A stretch of 41,853 nt of DNA, from the IMG/VR virus record IMGVR_UViG_3300037307_000894, positions 1 to 41,853 of that record. One strand, given 5' to 3'. Positions 27,228 to 35,433 of this stretch are shown piece after piece. The stretch is from a virus (Duplodnaviria > Caudoviricetes). A program made the position numbers and the translations under genes. Under the pieces are notes generated by a model that saw only the letters and a program-made list of their open reading frames with translations, made no database searches and had not been told where the DNA came from. Numbering within the stretch: the first letter of the stretch is position 1; the number at the start of each line of letters is the position of its first letter.

Positions 27228-28633
27228 GCCTGCGCTCCCAATCGTTCGGCGGCAACTTCCTCGAAGGTCTGTCCCGTTGCCACCAGCGTCACCGGCACCT
27301 CGGGGAAGTTCTGCTGGAAGCGCTTCACGGCGACATCCACATACTCAGGGGCGATCTCGGTGGCGCGTACCTTTCTGCCGGTGCGCTCGGCAGCCAGCAG
27401 GGTCGTGCCCGAGCCGCAGAAGGGTTCGAAGACGAGTTCGCCGGCATCGGTGTAGGACTCCAGGACGAACTGGGGCAGTGCCACCGGGAACACGGCCGGG
27501 TGATCGATGTCCTGACCGATCTTGCCCTTGTGCCGCATGATGCGAATCACGGAATCCGGAATCTTGGTCTCCTGTGTCACCTGGCCGACATGGTTCCAGG
27601 CCGTCTTGCTGCCATCCTTGTTGCGCATGCCGCCGGCACTGGTGCCGTCGCCGCGCAGATGGGTGTCGCGCCCGGCGTAGATGCAGGGCACGAACTTGTT
27701 CGGGCGCCGCGCCTCGGAGTCCTTCCTGTTGAAGTGGAAGACGAATTCGAACGAAGGTGCCAGCCGGCCATTCCAGTCTCCGGGCAATCCCGGCCCCTGG
27801 TCCCAGACATACCAGGCGAATCGTCGCCACCCCCGGGCGCGCATCCAGTCGAGCCAGCCATCCCAGTAGGGAATGACTTCCTGCTCGCGGTGGATGAGGC
27901 CGAGATTGACCAGCACCTGGCCGTTCGGGGCCATGGGCAGGTTGGCGAAGACGCCCCGCATCAGGGCATCCCAATCAATGATGGTGTTCGTGTAGTCCCG
28001 CTGGTTGCCATAGGGTGGCGAGGTGAAGCACAAGGCAGCCTGCTCGCCCGCCATCAGCGTTCGGACGACGGCCTGATCGGTGGCATCGCCACAGATCAGG
28101 CGGTGCGCGCCGATCAGCCAGACATCGCCGGGACGCGAGACCGGGTTCGACGGCACCTCTGGCACATCGTCGGCTGCATCGTCCTCGGTTTCATCCGAAG
28201 ACTCGTCCTGCAGTGCCTGCTCGGCACCAACCAGCAGATCCTCGATCTCCTCGTTGGAAAAGCCGGTCATGGTCAGGTCGTAACCCGCCTCCGACAACTC
28301 GGCCAGTTCCAGCGAAAGCAGTTCCTCGTCCCACCCGGCATCCAGTGCCAGACGGTTATCGGCGATCACGTAGGCGCGCTTCTGTGCTGGAGTGAGATGG
28401 CCAAGTTCGATGACCGGCACTTCCGTCAGGCCGAGCTTGCGTGCAGCGGCCAGGCGACCGTGGCCAGCGATGATGCCGTGGCTGCCATCCACCAGGACCG
28501 GATTGGTCCAGCCAAACTCGACGATGCTGGACGCCAGCTTGGCGATCTGCGCCTCGGAATGCGTGCGCGGATTGCGGGCGAAGGGGATCAGCGTTTCGAT
28601 CTTCCGATACTCGACGCGCAGTTGTTCGGTCAT
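27224..28633 (-). CDS. ParB-N fused DNA methyltransferase (SPPY, N4C/N6A)
   Basis: FGWTNPVL...AGHGRL, FTSPPY, HPAVFP, FEPFCGSGTT; ATG at 28633. Confidence 0.93.
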   Translation of the reverse strand: MTEQLRVEYRKIETLIPFARNPRTHSEAQIAKLASSIVEFGWTNPVLVDGSHGIIAGHGRLAAARKLGLTEVPVIELGHLTPAQKRAYVIADNRLALDAGWDEELLSLELAELSEAGYDLTMTGFSNEEIEDLLVGAEQALQDESSDETEDDAADDVPEVPSNPVSRPGDVWLIGAHRLICGDATDQAVVRTLMAGEQAALCFTSPPYGNQRDYTNTIIDWDALMRGVFANLPMAPNGQVLVNLGLIHREQEVIPYWDGWLDWMRARGWRRFAWYVWDQGPGLPGDWNGRLAPSFEFVFHFNRKDSEARRPNKFVPCIYAGRDTHLRGDGTSAGGMRNKDGSKTAWNHVGQVTQETKIPDSVIRIMRHKGKIGQDIDHPAVFPVALPQFVLESYTDAGELVFEPFCGSGTTLLAAERTGRKVRATEIAPEYVDVAVKRFQQNFPEVPVTLVATGQTFEEVAAERLGAQA

Positions 28634-28640
28634 TGGAATG

Positions 28641-28665
28641 CAAAAACCCGCCACGAGGGGCGGGT
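28641..28665 (-). terminator. Hairpin with U-tract upstream of the first methyltransferase
   Basis: Minus strand ACCCGCC-CCTCGT-GGCGGGT-TTTT. Confidence 0.45.
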
Positions 28666-28674
28666 CGGAAATGG

Positions 28675-28728
28675 GGTGGTAACTCGGTTCAGGTGGTAAC
28701 CGGGGTGGTAACTGGTAACCCTGGTAAC
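28675..28728. repeat. Five TGGTAAC direct repeats, putative terminase binding sites (cosB-like)
   Basis: GGTGGTAAC at 28675, 28692 and 28704; TGGTAAC at 28713 and 28722. Confidence 0.7.
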
Positions 28729-28748
28729 CTCGTTTCGGGATCGGACGC

Positions 28749-28803
28749 TAGCGAAATGCCGCGCTCGCGCCCCCCGCATGGGATTTCGGACAGGAAGGAC
28801 CCG
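28749..28803 (-). other. Lambda-like cos site (cosQ + cosN)
   Basis: Minus strand CGGGTCCT...TGCGGGGGGCGCGAGCGCGGCATTTCGCTA versus lambda CGGGTCCT...TACGGGGCGGCGACCTCGCGGGTTTTCGCTA. Confidence 0.75.
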
Positions 28804-28808
28804 TCGAA

Positions 28809-29618
28809 TTACAGGTCTGACGTCGGGGTTCTGCCATTCCTCAGCGGGTTGTGCTCAAGGCACTTCCCGTAGAACTCGTCCAGACCCGGGTCACCTGATT
28901 GGGAGTCGATGAACGTCAAGATGTCTTCCCAGGCGAGAAGGCCAAGATCAATGCGGCTCAGCGTTGGCAGGAAGATGGTGTCGAACCAGTCACGATGCTT
29001 TTCCCCATAGTCCGCCACGCGGCCTGCCACCTTGCCCTTGATGCTCGCATCGGTGACCAACTCCCCGAAAACACCGCTTTCAATCTGCGCCTTGGGTGCA
29101 ATGACGTAGAACCCCAGGCGCTCGACCTTGGACGGGTCGATGCCAGCCACTCCAAGCATGTACGCCATACAGGCCACGTTGCGTGCGGCCTGGTCATACG
29201 AGGGTGCGTTCTTGGTTCCCGCCGACAACGAACTGCCCAGTTTTGCTTCGGTGACGACAAATTGGGAAAGACGAGGCAGCAGCGACGCATCGCCACGCAC
29301 GCCGGAGTCGATCTTGATGTGTCCGATCACGCCATCCGCGTGAGTGAATGACTCGGCCAGAGGATCGCCACGCCTCTCCGGTAGAAACCGAGAGGGCAGC
29401 AGCGCCTCGGAGTACCAGGTCGCATCGGGCAGGAGAGCCAGCGGATGATCGGCCTCGCGATGCTTGTCAAACCAGTCCAGCACGAGGCGAAGCATCCAGC
29501 CTTCGTTGTACAACTCGGTCGGGGGAAGCACAGGCTGCTGTCCACCGCAACGCCCCAGCATCCCGAAAACCCGGGAGATCGCATTCGTATCCATGGCGTT
29601 GTCAGTGTCGTGATTCAT
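28809..29618 (-). CDS. Putative PD-(D/E)XK nuclease-fold moron protein
   Basis: THADGVIG...VVTEAKL...YDQAAR pattern; the start could be 29594. Confidence 0.6.
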   Translation of the reverse strand: MNHDTDNAMDTNAISRVFGMLGRCGGQQPVLPPTELYNEGWMLRLVLDWFDKHREADHPLALLPDATWYSEALLPSRFLPERRGDPLAESFTHADGVIGHIKIDSGVRGDASLLPRLSQFVVTEAKLGSSLSAGTKNAPSYDQAARNVACMAYMLGVAGIDPSKVERLGFYVIAPKAQIESGVFGELVTDASIKGKVAGRVADYGEKHRDWFDTIFLPTLSRIDLGLLAWEDILTFIDSQSGDPGLDEFYGKCLEHNPLRNGRTPTSDL

Positions 29619-29955
29619 TGCGCCAGAACCCTGCCTTGTAAAACTGCGTAACGACCTCTTCGACGATCTCAGCAGCGAGACTATCGGTCAGCAAATCATC
29701 GCCATAGGTGCGGCATTCGATATGGGTGGGCTTCTGGTCGTCCCAGACGACCAGTACCGTTGCCCTCGGTTCCCCTGTCCATCGGAAGAAATAGGCTACG
29801 CCCTCTTCGATGCTCTCATCCCAGAACGAATCGAAGTCCACGCCGGTCACGCGCATCTCGCTGAACATCTCCTCCCACGAGGTGATCGGCTGCAAGAATT
29901 CTGTTGCCTCGATGGGCGGCGGCGGAAATATCACATCCAGTTTGTCGTTTGTCAT
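29602..29955 (-). CDS. Acidic hypothetical protein, degenerate PcfJ-like
   Basis: FPPPP...PITSWEEM.SE...G.AYFFR...PRATV; alternative GTG start at 29985. Confidence 0.5.
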   Translation of the reverse strand: MTNDKLDVIFPPPPIEATEFLQPITSWEEMFSEMRVTGVDFDSFWDESIEEGVAYFFRWTGEPRATVLVVWDDQKPTHIECRTYGDDLLTDSLAAEIVEEVVTQFYKAGFWRNESRH

Positions 29956-30178
29956 GCCGAGTATCTTATCCGAGCGAAAGCTCACCGGATGAGCCAGGCA
30001 TGAAGCGAAAGAGGGATTTTCGAGGGCGAAAAAAGTTCAAAAGACCCTTCTGGAAAGCGATGCAGGCATCACACCCACACCGCTCGCCAGATCATAGCTG
30101 TCATCCTATCAAAATCCGGCCTTTGTGTTGCATGCCAGTTTCATCCGAAAACGCCCGGAAGCCTGAAAACAAGGACAT

Positions 30179-30616
30179 TCACGGCATGCGTTGCCCTACT
30201 TGACCCTCCAGTTTGGAAGCATGGTCGGCGGCTGCCGTCTGACGGTCATTCAGATGATCGGCCACGAGCTGCAATGCCTTTTGCCACCGCCGCCAGGCCG
30301 TCGTGCGGTCGCGCCCGAGGCGGCGGCAGATGAACTTCCACTCGTAGTGCTTGGCGCGCATCCACACCAGATGCCGCTGCTCGACCTCGAGCCACTGCAT
30401 CCAGCGCATTGCTTCCAGCATCCGGTCGACGGCCTCGGGAGTCGGGGGCAATGGCCGGTACTCGTAGTCCTTGTCGTCGAAGCCTTCCCATCCATCGCGC
30501 ACGAAGGCTGGCCACACGTTGAAGTAGCCCTGCACCCTGACCCGGGGCAGTCGCCGTCCTGTCTCGGCCGCCTCGGCAAGCCGAGCCGCCACGTCATCCA
30601 ACGTCCATTCAGTCAT
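30179..30616 (-). CDS. DUF6362 family protein, putative late-gene regulator (C-terminal HTH)
   Basis: VAARLAEAA.T..RLP.VRVQGYFN.WP...WKFICRRLG.DRTTAWRRW; last gene of the early operon (Q-like position). Confidence 0.75.
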   Translation of the reverse strand: MTEWTLDDVAARLAEAAETGRRLPRVRVQGYFNVWPAFVRDGWEGFDDKDYEYRPLPPTPEAVDRMLEAMRWMQWLEVEQRHLVWMRAKHYEWKFICRRLGRDRTTAWRRWQKALQLVADHLNDRQTAAADHASKLEGQVGQRMP

Positions 30617-30809
30617 GGCGCTTCCCTCCGTACAGGCGTTCTCCAAGTCGTCGCACGAACTCACGCTCGACGAAATCCAACCGCTTGTCCTCTTCGGACA
30701 CCACGAGGATGTGCTGGTCGCGCCAGCCCTGGCGCTTGATGCTCTCCGGATCCTCTCGGGAGGAACTGCGATCGAGCGGGCAGCGGTAGTGAGGTACCGG
30801 AATCTTCAT
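30609..30809 (-). CDS. Small conserved phage protein (66 aa)
   Basis: DPESIKRQGWRDQHILVV...LGERLYG; GGAGG RBS. Confidence 0.7.
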   Translation of the reverse strand: MKIPVPHYRCPLDRSSSREDPESIKRQGWRDQHILVVSEEDKRLDFVEREFVRRLGERLYGGKRHD

Positions 30810-30810
30810 C

Positions 30811-31275
30811 TCACACCTCCTGTGTCTCGATGGCCCAGTGCAGCAGCGCCAGGGCATCGGCTTCGTTGTCATCGCCAGGCTGGTGGCCACGAGCCCGGAT
30901 GGATGCCACCATCTCGTCCTTGCTCGCGTTGCCCTTGCCGGTCGCGTGTTTCTTGATCGTGCCGACCGGCACACCCTGGTACGGGATCTGGTGGTGCTCG
31001 CACCACGCCGTGAGCGTGGCCAGGAACCCGCCGTAGGCGTGCGCGGCATCGGTCGAGACATGGCGACGCACTTCCTCGAAATGCAGGCAATCGATGCCGT
31101 CGCCGGATTGCTTGATCTCCGTGAGCCAGCGCTTGAAGCGCAGGAAGCGCATGCCGCCCCCTTCAAAACGTTGTGGGCGGAAGCTCTCGGAGCCGCTCGT
31201 GATGTGGCCGTCGTTGCCGCGCAAAGCCCAGCCGGTAGTGGTGCCCAGATCGAGGGCGAGGATGGTCGTGGTCAT
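30811..31275 (-). CDS. RuvC-like Holliday junction resolvase
   Basis: ILALDLGTTTGWA, FEEV, IKKHATGKGNASK, DDNEADALA. Confidence 0.85.
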   Translation of the reverse strand: MTTTILALDLGTTTGWALRGNDGHITSGSESFRPQRFEGGGMRFLRFKRWLTEIKQSGDGIDCLHFEEVRRHVSTDAAHAYGGFLATLTAWCEHHQIPYQGVPVGTIKKHATGKGNASKDEMVASIRARGHQPGDDNEADALALLHWAIETQEV

Positions 31276-31302
31276 GGTGTCAGTCCTTGTTTGGGAGCAG
31301 GT

Positions 31303-31395
31303 CTGACGCTTCCGACGGATCATGTCGTAACTCCCCGTGACGCGCGCACGCGCACGCGTATAGAGAGTTACGATGTAGAGCGTCGGAAGCGTCAG
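31303..31395. repeat. Nested inverted repeats, putative replication origin
   Basis: 15-bp IR at 31303-31317/31381-31395 and 9-bp IR at 31325-31333/31365-31373 around CGCGCGCACGCGCACGCGTATA; directly downstream of the primase gene. Confidence 0.6.
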
Positions 31396-31416
31396 GCCGG
31401 TGTGTCGTCATGGGGT

Positions 31417-33699
31417 TCAGTTGTCGGCATAAGGGGTGTAGGCCGGCTTGGGCGGATCCTTGAGACCCACGCCCCGGAAGCCGCGCACACCCACACTGTT
31501 GCGCCACTTCTCCAGGCCGCGCGTGATCAAGAGATCGGAGAAGCGCCGCTGCGAGCCGACAAACTCACCGGCACTGTCGGCCCACTGCTTCCAGTCGTTG
31601 AAAAGCTCGGCGGTCAGCGACTTGGCGTTGGCTTCGCGCACGCAGCGCTCATCGAGCCAGCGGCCCAGCGCATCCTCGGCCTCGAAATACTCCTCGGTGG
31701 CTTCCACCACACGCCGGGGCGGATCGAGACGTCCGTGGCGCTGCCAGTCGAGACACCCTTGAACCGCCCAGGCCAGGATGCCGTCACGCTCGGCCAGCAA
31801 TTTCTGCTGCAGGTGCTTGTCGCGGCGCTCGGGCGGCACGGTGATCGTGAAGGGGATCAGGTGCAGTCGCCGCTTCATCGCCTCGTCGATGTTGCGAATG
31901 GCTGGCTTGTGGTTGCCCGCGACAAAGAGCTTGAACTGCGGGAAGAACTCGAAGAAATCCTGGCGCATGAATCGCGCGGAGATCTTGTCGCCGCCGGTCA
32001 GGTTCTTGAGCTTCGATTCCGCCCAGCGTCGCCCCTGCTCGGTTTCGATCGCCGCGACGAAGCGTGCGCCGCGCAGGCCTGCCATGTCGGTCGGGTGCCG
32101 GTCGGTGCGCGTTTCCATGAAGGTGTCCATCGGCGCGTTGGTGGCGTAGTCACCGAGGATGGTGGCCAGCGTGTTCACGAACACCGACTTGCCGTTCGCG
32201 CCAGTGCCGTACAGGAAGAACAGTGCATGCTCCTGCGTCGAGCCGGTGAGCGCATAGCCCACCATTCGTTGCAGATAGGCCTGCAGTTCCACGTCTCCTC
32301 CCGTGACCTCATCGAGGAACCGTCGCCAGGTCGGGCAGTCGCCTCCGGGTGTAGCCGTGGTGATCTTGGTCATCCGGTCGGCACGGTCATGCGGGCGCTG
32401 GCGGCCGGTTTTCAGATCGACCACGCCGCCTGGGGTGTTGAGCAGCCACGGATCGGCATCCCATTCCTCGGTGGTGGCGGCATGTCGGCGATCTGCCCTG
32501 GCCAGCCGTTCCACACCGCCAACCGTGCTCGAACTGGCGAGCTTGGCCGCCACCTTGGGATTGTCTGCGCGCACAGCGGCGTGCCGGCAAACGCTGCGGA
32601 TCAGATCGGTGGCGGCCAGCGTGTCCTCGGTGCGCCAGCGATTGCCATCCCACACCAGCCAGCGCCCCCAGCCTGCGACGTAACGCCAGTCACGGTGATA
32701 GCGCCGGGTAAAGGCCAGCGCCAGCGCGTCCTCCGTACCCCACACCGATTCGTCGCTACTGACGACGGGTTCTGCATCCTCTGTCACGTCGTGCATCTGC
32801 AATCGCGGGCCATGGGCGAGAAAGGCGGAGACGTCAAAACCCTCGGCAATCGCATCGGCCGCATCCCAGCCGTCCGCCGCCTCCTCGGGCGGGTACAGGA
32901 TGTGGCAGGACTTGGCGCCTGCTGACAAAACTGCCTGTGCCGCCTGTACCGCGTAGTCCCAGCCCGGCTTGTCGCGATCGGGCCAGATCAGCACGGACTT
33001 GCCCGCCAGTGGCGACCAGTCGGTTTTCTCGACCGGGGCGTTCGCGCCGTGCATCGCAGTGGTCGCCACGATGCCGACATCAATCAAGGCCTGCGCGCAC
33101 TTCTCGCCCTCGACCAGAACGACCTGCGCGGCATCCTTCATCCCAGGCTGGTTGTAGAGCGGGCGTGGATCGGGCGGAGCCATCTTGCGGCACTTGGCAT
33201 CCCACGGCCGGAACTGCTTCTTTTGTCCGGGCGGGTCGTAGCGGTAGACCACCGCGATCAGGTGCCCACTGGCGTCCAGGTAGTCCCACTTGGCCGTGGC
33301 CGGGCCTAGATCATCGACCGGGGGCACCGATTTGGCCTTGCGTGGCGGCGCCGACCGGGCCCGTCCGAGCAAGTCGGTAGATTGTTCCAGCACCCGGTGG
33401 AAATCGGCGTGGACATCGATGCCAAAATGCCCACCGATCAGCGCGAAGATGTCGCCGCCATCGCCGGTGGCGCGATCCGTCCAGAGCCCCGCCTTTTCGC
33501 CGTCGAGGACGATCTCGAGGCTGTCGCCGGGGCTGCCCAGCACGTCTCCGATCAGGAACTTTCCCTTACGCTTTTTTCCAGCAGGGAACATCGTGGTCAG
33601 CACCGACTCCAGGCGTGCGAGCAGTTCGACTCGAAGCTCGTCGCGGTCTGACTCCCGACTGTGCTCTGCCGTTTGATTTGTGTCGTTGAAGTCGATCAT
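31417..33699 (-). CDS. P4/D5-family primase-helicase (TOPRIM + SF3 helicase)
   Basis: VEGEKCA and WPDRDKPG (TOPRIM); YGTGANGKS (Walker A); LTGGDKISARFM; GNHKP. Confidence 0.92.
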   Translation of the reverse strand: MIDFNDTNQTAEHSRESDRDELRVELLARLESVLTTMFPAGKKRKGKFLIGDVLGSPGDSLEIVLDGEKAGLWTDRATGDGGDIFALIGGHFGIDVHADFHRVLEQSTDLLGRARSAPPRKAKSVPPVDDLGPATAKWDYLDASGHLIAVVYRYDPPGQKKQFRPWDAKCRKMAPPDPRPLYNQPGMKDAAQVVLVEGEKCAQALIDVGIVATTAMHGANAPVEKTDWSPLAGKSVLIWPDRDKPGWDYAVQAAQAVLSAGAKSCHILYPPEEAADGWDAADAIAEGFDVSAFLAHGPRLQMHDVTEDAEPVVSSDESVWGTEDALALAFTRRYHRDWRYVAGWGRWLVWDGNRWRTEDTLAATDLIRSVCRHAAVRADNPKVAAKLASSSTVGGVERLARADRRHAATTEEWDADPWLLNTPGGVVDLKTGRQRPHDRADRMTKITTATPGGDCPTWRRFLDEVTGGDVELQAYLQRMVGYALTGSTQEHALFFLYGTGANGKSVFVNTLATILGDYATNAPMDTFMETRTDRHPTDMAGLRGARFVAAIETEQGRRWAESKLKNLTGGDKISARFMRQDFFEFFPQFKLFVAGNHKPAIRNIDEAMKRRLHLIPFTITVPPERRDKHLQQKLLAERDGILAWAVQGCLDWQRHGRLDPPRRVVEATEEYFEAEDALGRWLDERCVREANAKSLTAELFNDWKQWADSAGEFVGSQRRFSDLLITRGLEKWRNSVGVRGFRGVGLKDPPKPAYTPYADN

Positions 33700-33950
33700 T
33701 CGGCCTCCTCGACAGATGCGACAGCGTCCTGGGCATCCCGGTCCTGGACGGCTGCGCTGCGCGCGGCCCAAGCCGAGAGTTCAGAAAGGCGATAGCGCAC
33801 CAGGCCTCCCATCAGGTAGTGCGGAATCCTGTACTTGGTGCGCATCGCATGATCGGCAAACCAGTAATACGGCAGGCGTAGCGCGGCAGCCGCCTGCTTG
33901 GCGTCAATCATCGGCTCGATGCCGTTCTCGGATGTATTGTTGTCAGTCAT
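33696..33950 (-). CDS. Small excisionase/AlpA-like DNA-binding protein
   Basis: MIDAKQAAAAL...IPHY.MGGLVRYRLSEL. Confidence 0.7.
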   Translation of the reverse strand: MTDNNTSENGIEPMIDAKQAAAALRLPYYWFADHAMRTKYRIPHYLMGGLVRYRLSELSAWAARSAAVQDRDAQDAVASVEEAE

Positions 33951-34684
33951 GATTGCATCCTCCAGCAGCGGTCCTGCCATGCGCACATCCGGCATTCGAA
34001 ATGTGTCGGGTCATTGAAAGCGCGCGGCAGGAGTTCTCCTGCCTCAGTTGCCGTGATGACCTTCACCGCCCGATCCGACATGCGCTGGGCCAGGGCTGCG
34101 TCAAAGGGCACGAGCTCGGTGTAGATCTCCATCGTGTCGGCGTTGAGTGCCGTGAAGATCGCCGGGTGCTCGTGCAGTTCGAGATAGGCTTGGTAGATCG
34201 CCACTTGCGCGGCATAGACGGGCTTGGCCACGGCAAGCCGGTTCTTCTCCAACTCGCGCCATGACTTGTTGCCCAGGCACTTGCATTCCCATAGCGCGGG
34301 ATAGGCAAAGCCCTCGGGGCCACCGACGATGACGCCGTCGATGTGCCCCTGCAGACGGTCGTCAGCCACCGAGAAACCGAACTGCTCGCCGTCGGCCTTG
34401 CGGGTGCGCAGGTCGAACCCTGCATCCCTCAACCACGCGACCATGCAGTCCTCCATGACGTGACCGCGCTCGAAGATGCGCAGCATCCGCCCGGGGATCT
34501 CACGCCCGTGGTCGATGGGAGCCTTGGCGTACTCGAACTGCAGCGCACGCTCGCAGGCCACGCCGAGGCGCGAGGCCCCGAGGTACTGGCGTTCGGACTG
34601 GCGGGCGCGAGCCTGTTGCATCCCGGCATCGACCAAGGCGGTGATCTGACCGGAGATGCCCGATGAGGAGTTGAAGTCGATCAT
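33947..34684 (-). CDS. Cas4-like PD-(D/E)XK exonuclease
   Basis: YLGASRLG..C, GHIDG, WECK, Q...Y, CRMCAWQDRC. Confidence 0.85.
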   Translation of the reverse strand: MIDFNSSSGISGQITALVDAGMQQARARQSERQYLGASRLGVACERALQFEYAKAPIDHGREIPGRMLRIFERGHVMEDCMVAWLRDAGFDLRTRKADGEQFGFSVADDRLQGHIDGVIVGGPEGFAYPALWECKCLGNKSWRELEKNRLAVAKPVYAAQVAIYQAYLELHEHPAIFTALNADTMEIYTELVPFDAALAQRMSDRAVKVITATEAGELLPRAFNDPTHFECRMCAWQDRCWRMQS

Positions 34685-35157
34685 GGCTTCGTCTCCCAAG
34701 GCAGGTCGTCCTCCAGGTCAGCGAAGGGGCTGGCCATCGGATCGGGGGTCGGAGCGATGCCACGTACCGGCGGGAACTTGGTTTCCTCGTGGTGTTCGAC
34801 CATCGCCTCGGTGTAACAGGTGACGATGGCATCAATCACCCGCAGCGCCTCAACTTCCGAATAGGCCCCGAGTGGCTTGTCGAAGCCGATCTCGCCTGCC
34901 GCTTCGCCGAACGACCGGAGACATTTCTTCATCGCGGCCAGTTCGACATCAGAGGGATCGATCATGGCGACCTCCTTGCGGTCGACGTGACCTTCCTTGA
35001 CCCGCAGCCAGTTGCCGTACAGAGCGTGAAACGCGTCCTGGCAGCGGCGAGAGCAGAACACCCAGTCGATGGGGTAGCGCCGTGGGTCGCCGGTTTTGTG
35101 ACGACCGTCGTTGTGCCCGAATCCACGGGCTTGTCGTTTGCAGACCCAGCATTTCAC
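34681..35157 (-). CDS. DUF6511-like zinc-binding protein
   Basis: KCWVC...FCSRRCQ; acidic C-terminus DLEDDLPW; GTG start with GGAGG RBS. Confidence 0.75.
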   Translation of the reverse strand: MKCWVCKRQARGFGHNDGRHKTGDPRRYPIDWVFCSRRCQDAFHALYGNWLRVKEGHVDRKEVAMIDPSDVELAAMKKCLRSFGEAAGEIGFDKPLGAYSEVEALRVIDAIVTCYTEAMVEHHEETKFPPVRGIAPTPDPMASPFADLEDDLPWETKP

Positions 35158-35423
35158 GCCACCTCCCTCTTGCGATTGGGAAGGCGGCATCCCGGGCGCA
35201 CACCATCCAGGAAGCCATCGGCGGTTACGTGAAACGTCGTGCCGGGATAAGCACAGCGACGCTGGCGAATCATGTCGCTCTGGTACTCGGTGGTGCAGTC
35301 CGCGCAGTACTTGCTGTCGCCCGGCTTAACCCGTTGGGCTGACGCTTTCCAGATGCGGTACTGCGCAGCGCTGGAAAAGCATAGCGGGAATCCGCCTCTA
35401 CGCATAAGCAAAACGGTATCCAT
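35154..35423 (-). CDS. Small Cys-rich hypothetical protein (89 aa)
   Basis: PLCF...YCADCT...RC; fills the gap between the SSB-like and DUF6511 genes with a GTGA overlap. Confidence 0.6.
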   Translation of the reverse strand: MDTVLLMRRGGFPLCFSSAAQYRIWKASAQRVKPGDSKYCADCTTEYQSDMIRQRRCAYPGTTFHVTADGFLDGVRPGCRLPNRKREVA

Positions 35424-35433
35424 GGTCGCCCCC

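Noticed and set aside
30838-32925. 695-aa plus-strand ORF
   Set aside because: Antisense shadow of the primase and RuvC-like genes, which carry clear motifs.
33947-34684. Cas4-like gene as a sign of CRISPR
   Set aside because: No repeat-spacer array or other cas genes; it sits in a normal phage recombination operon.
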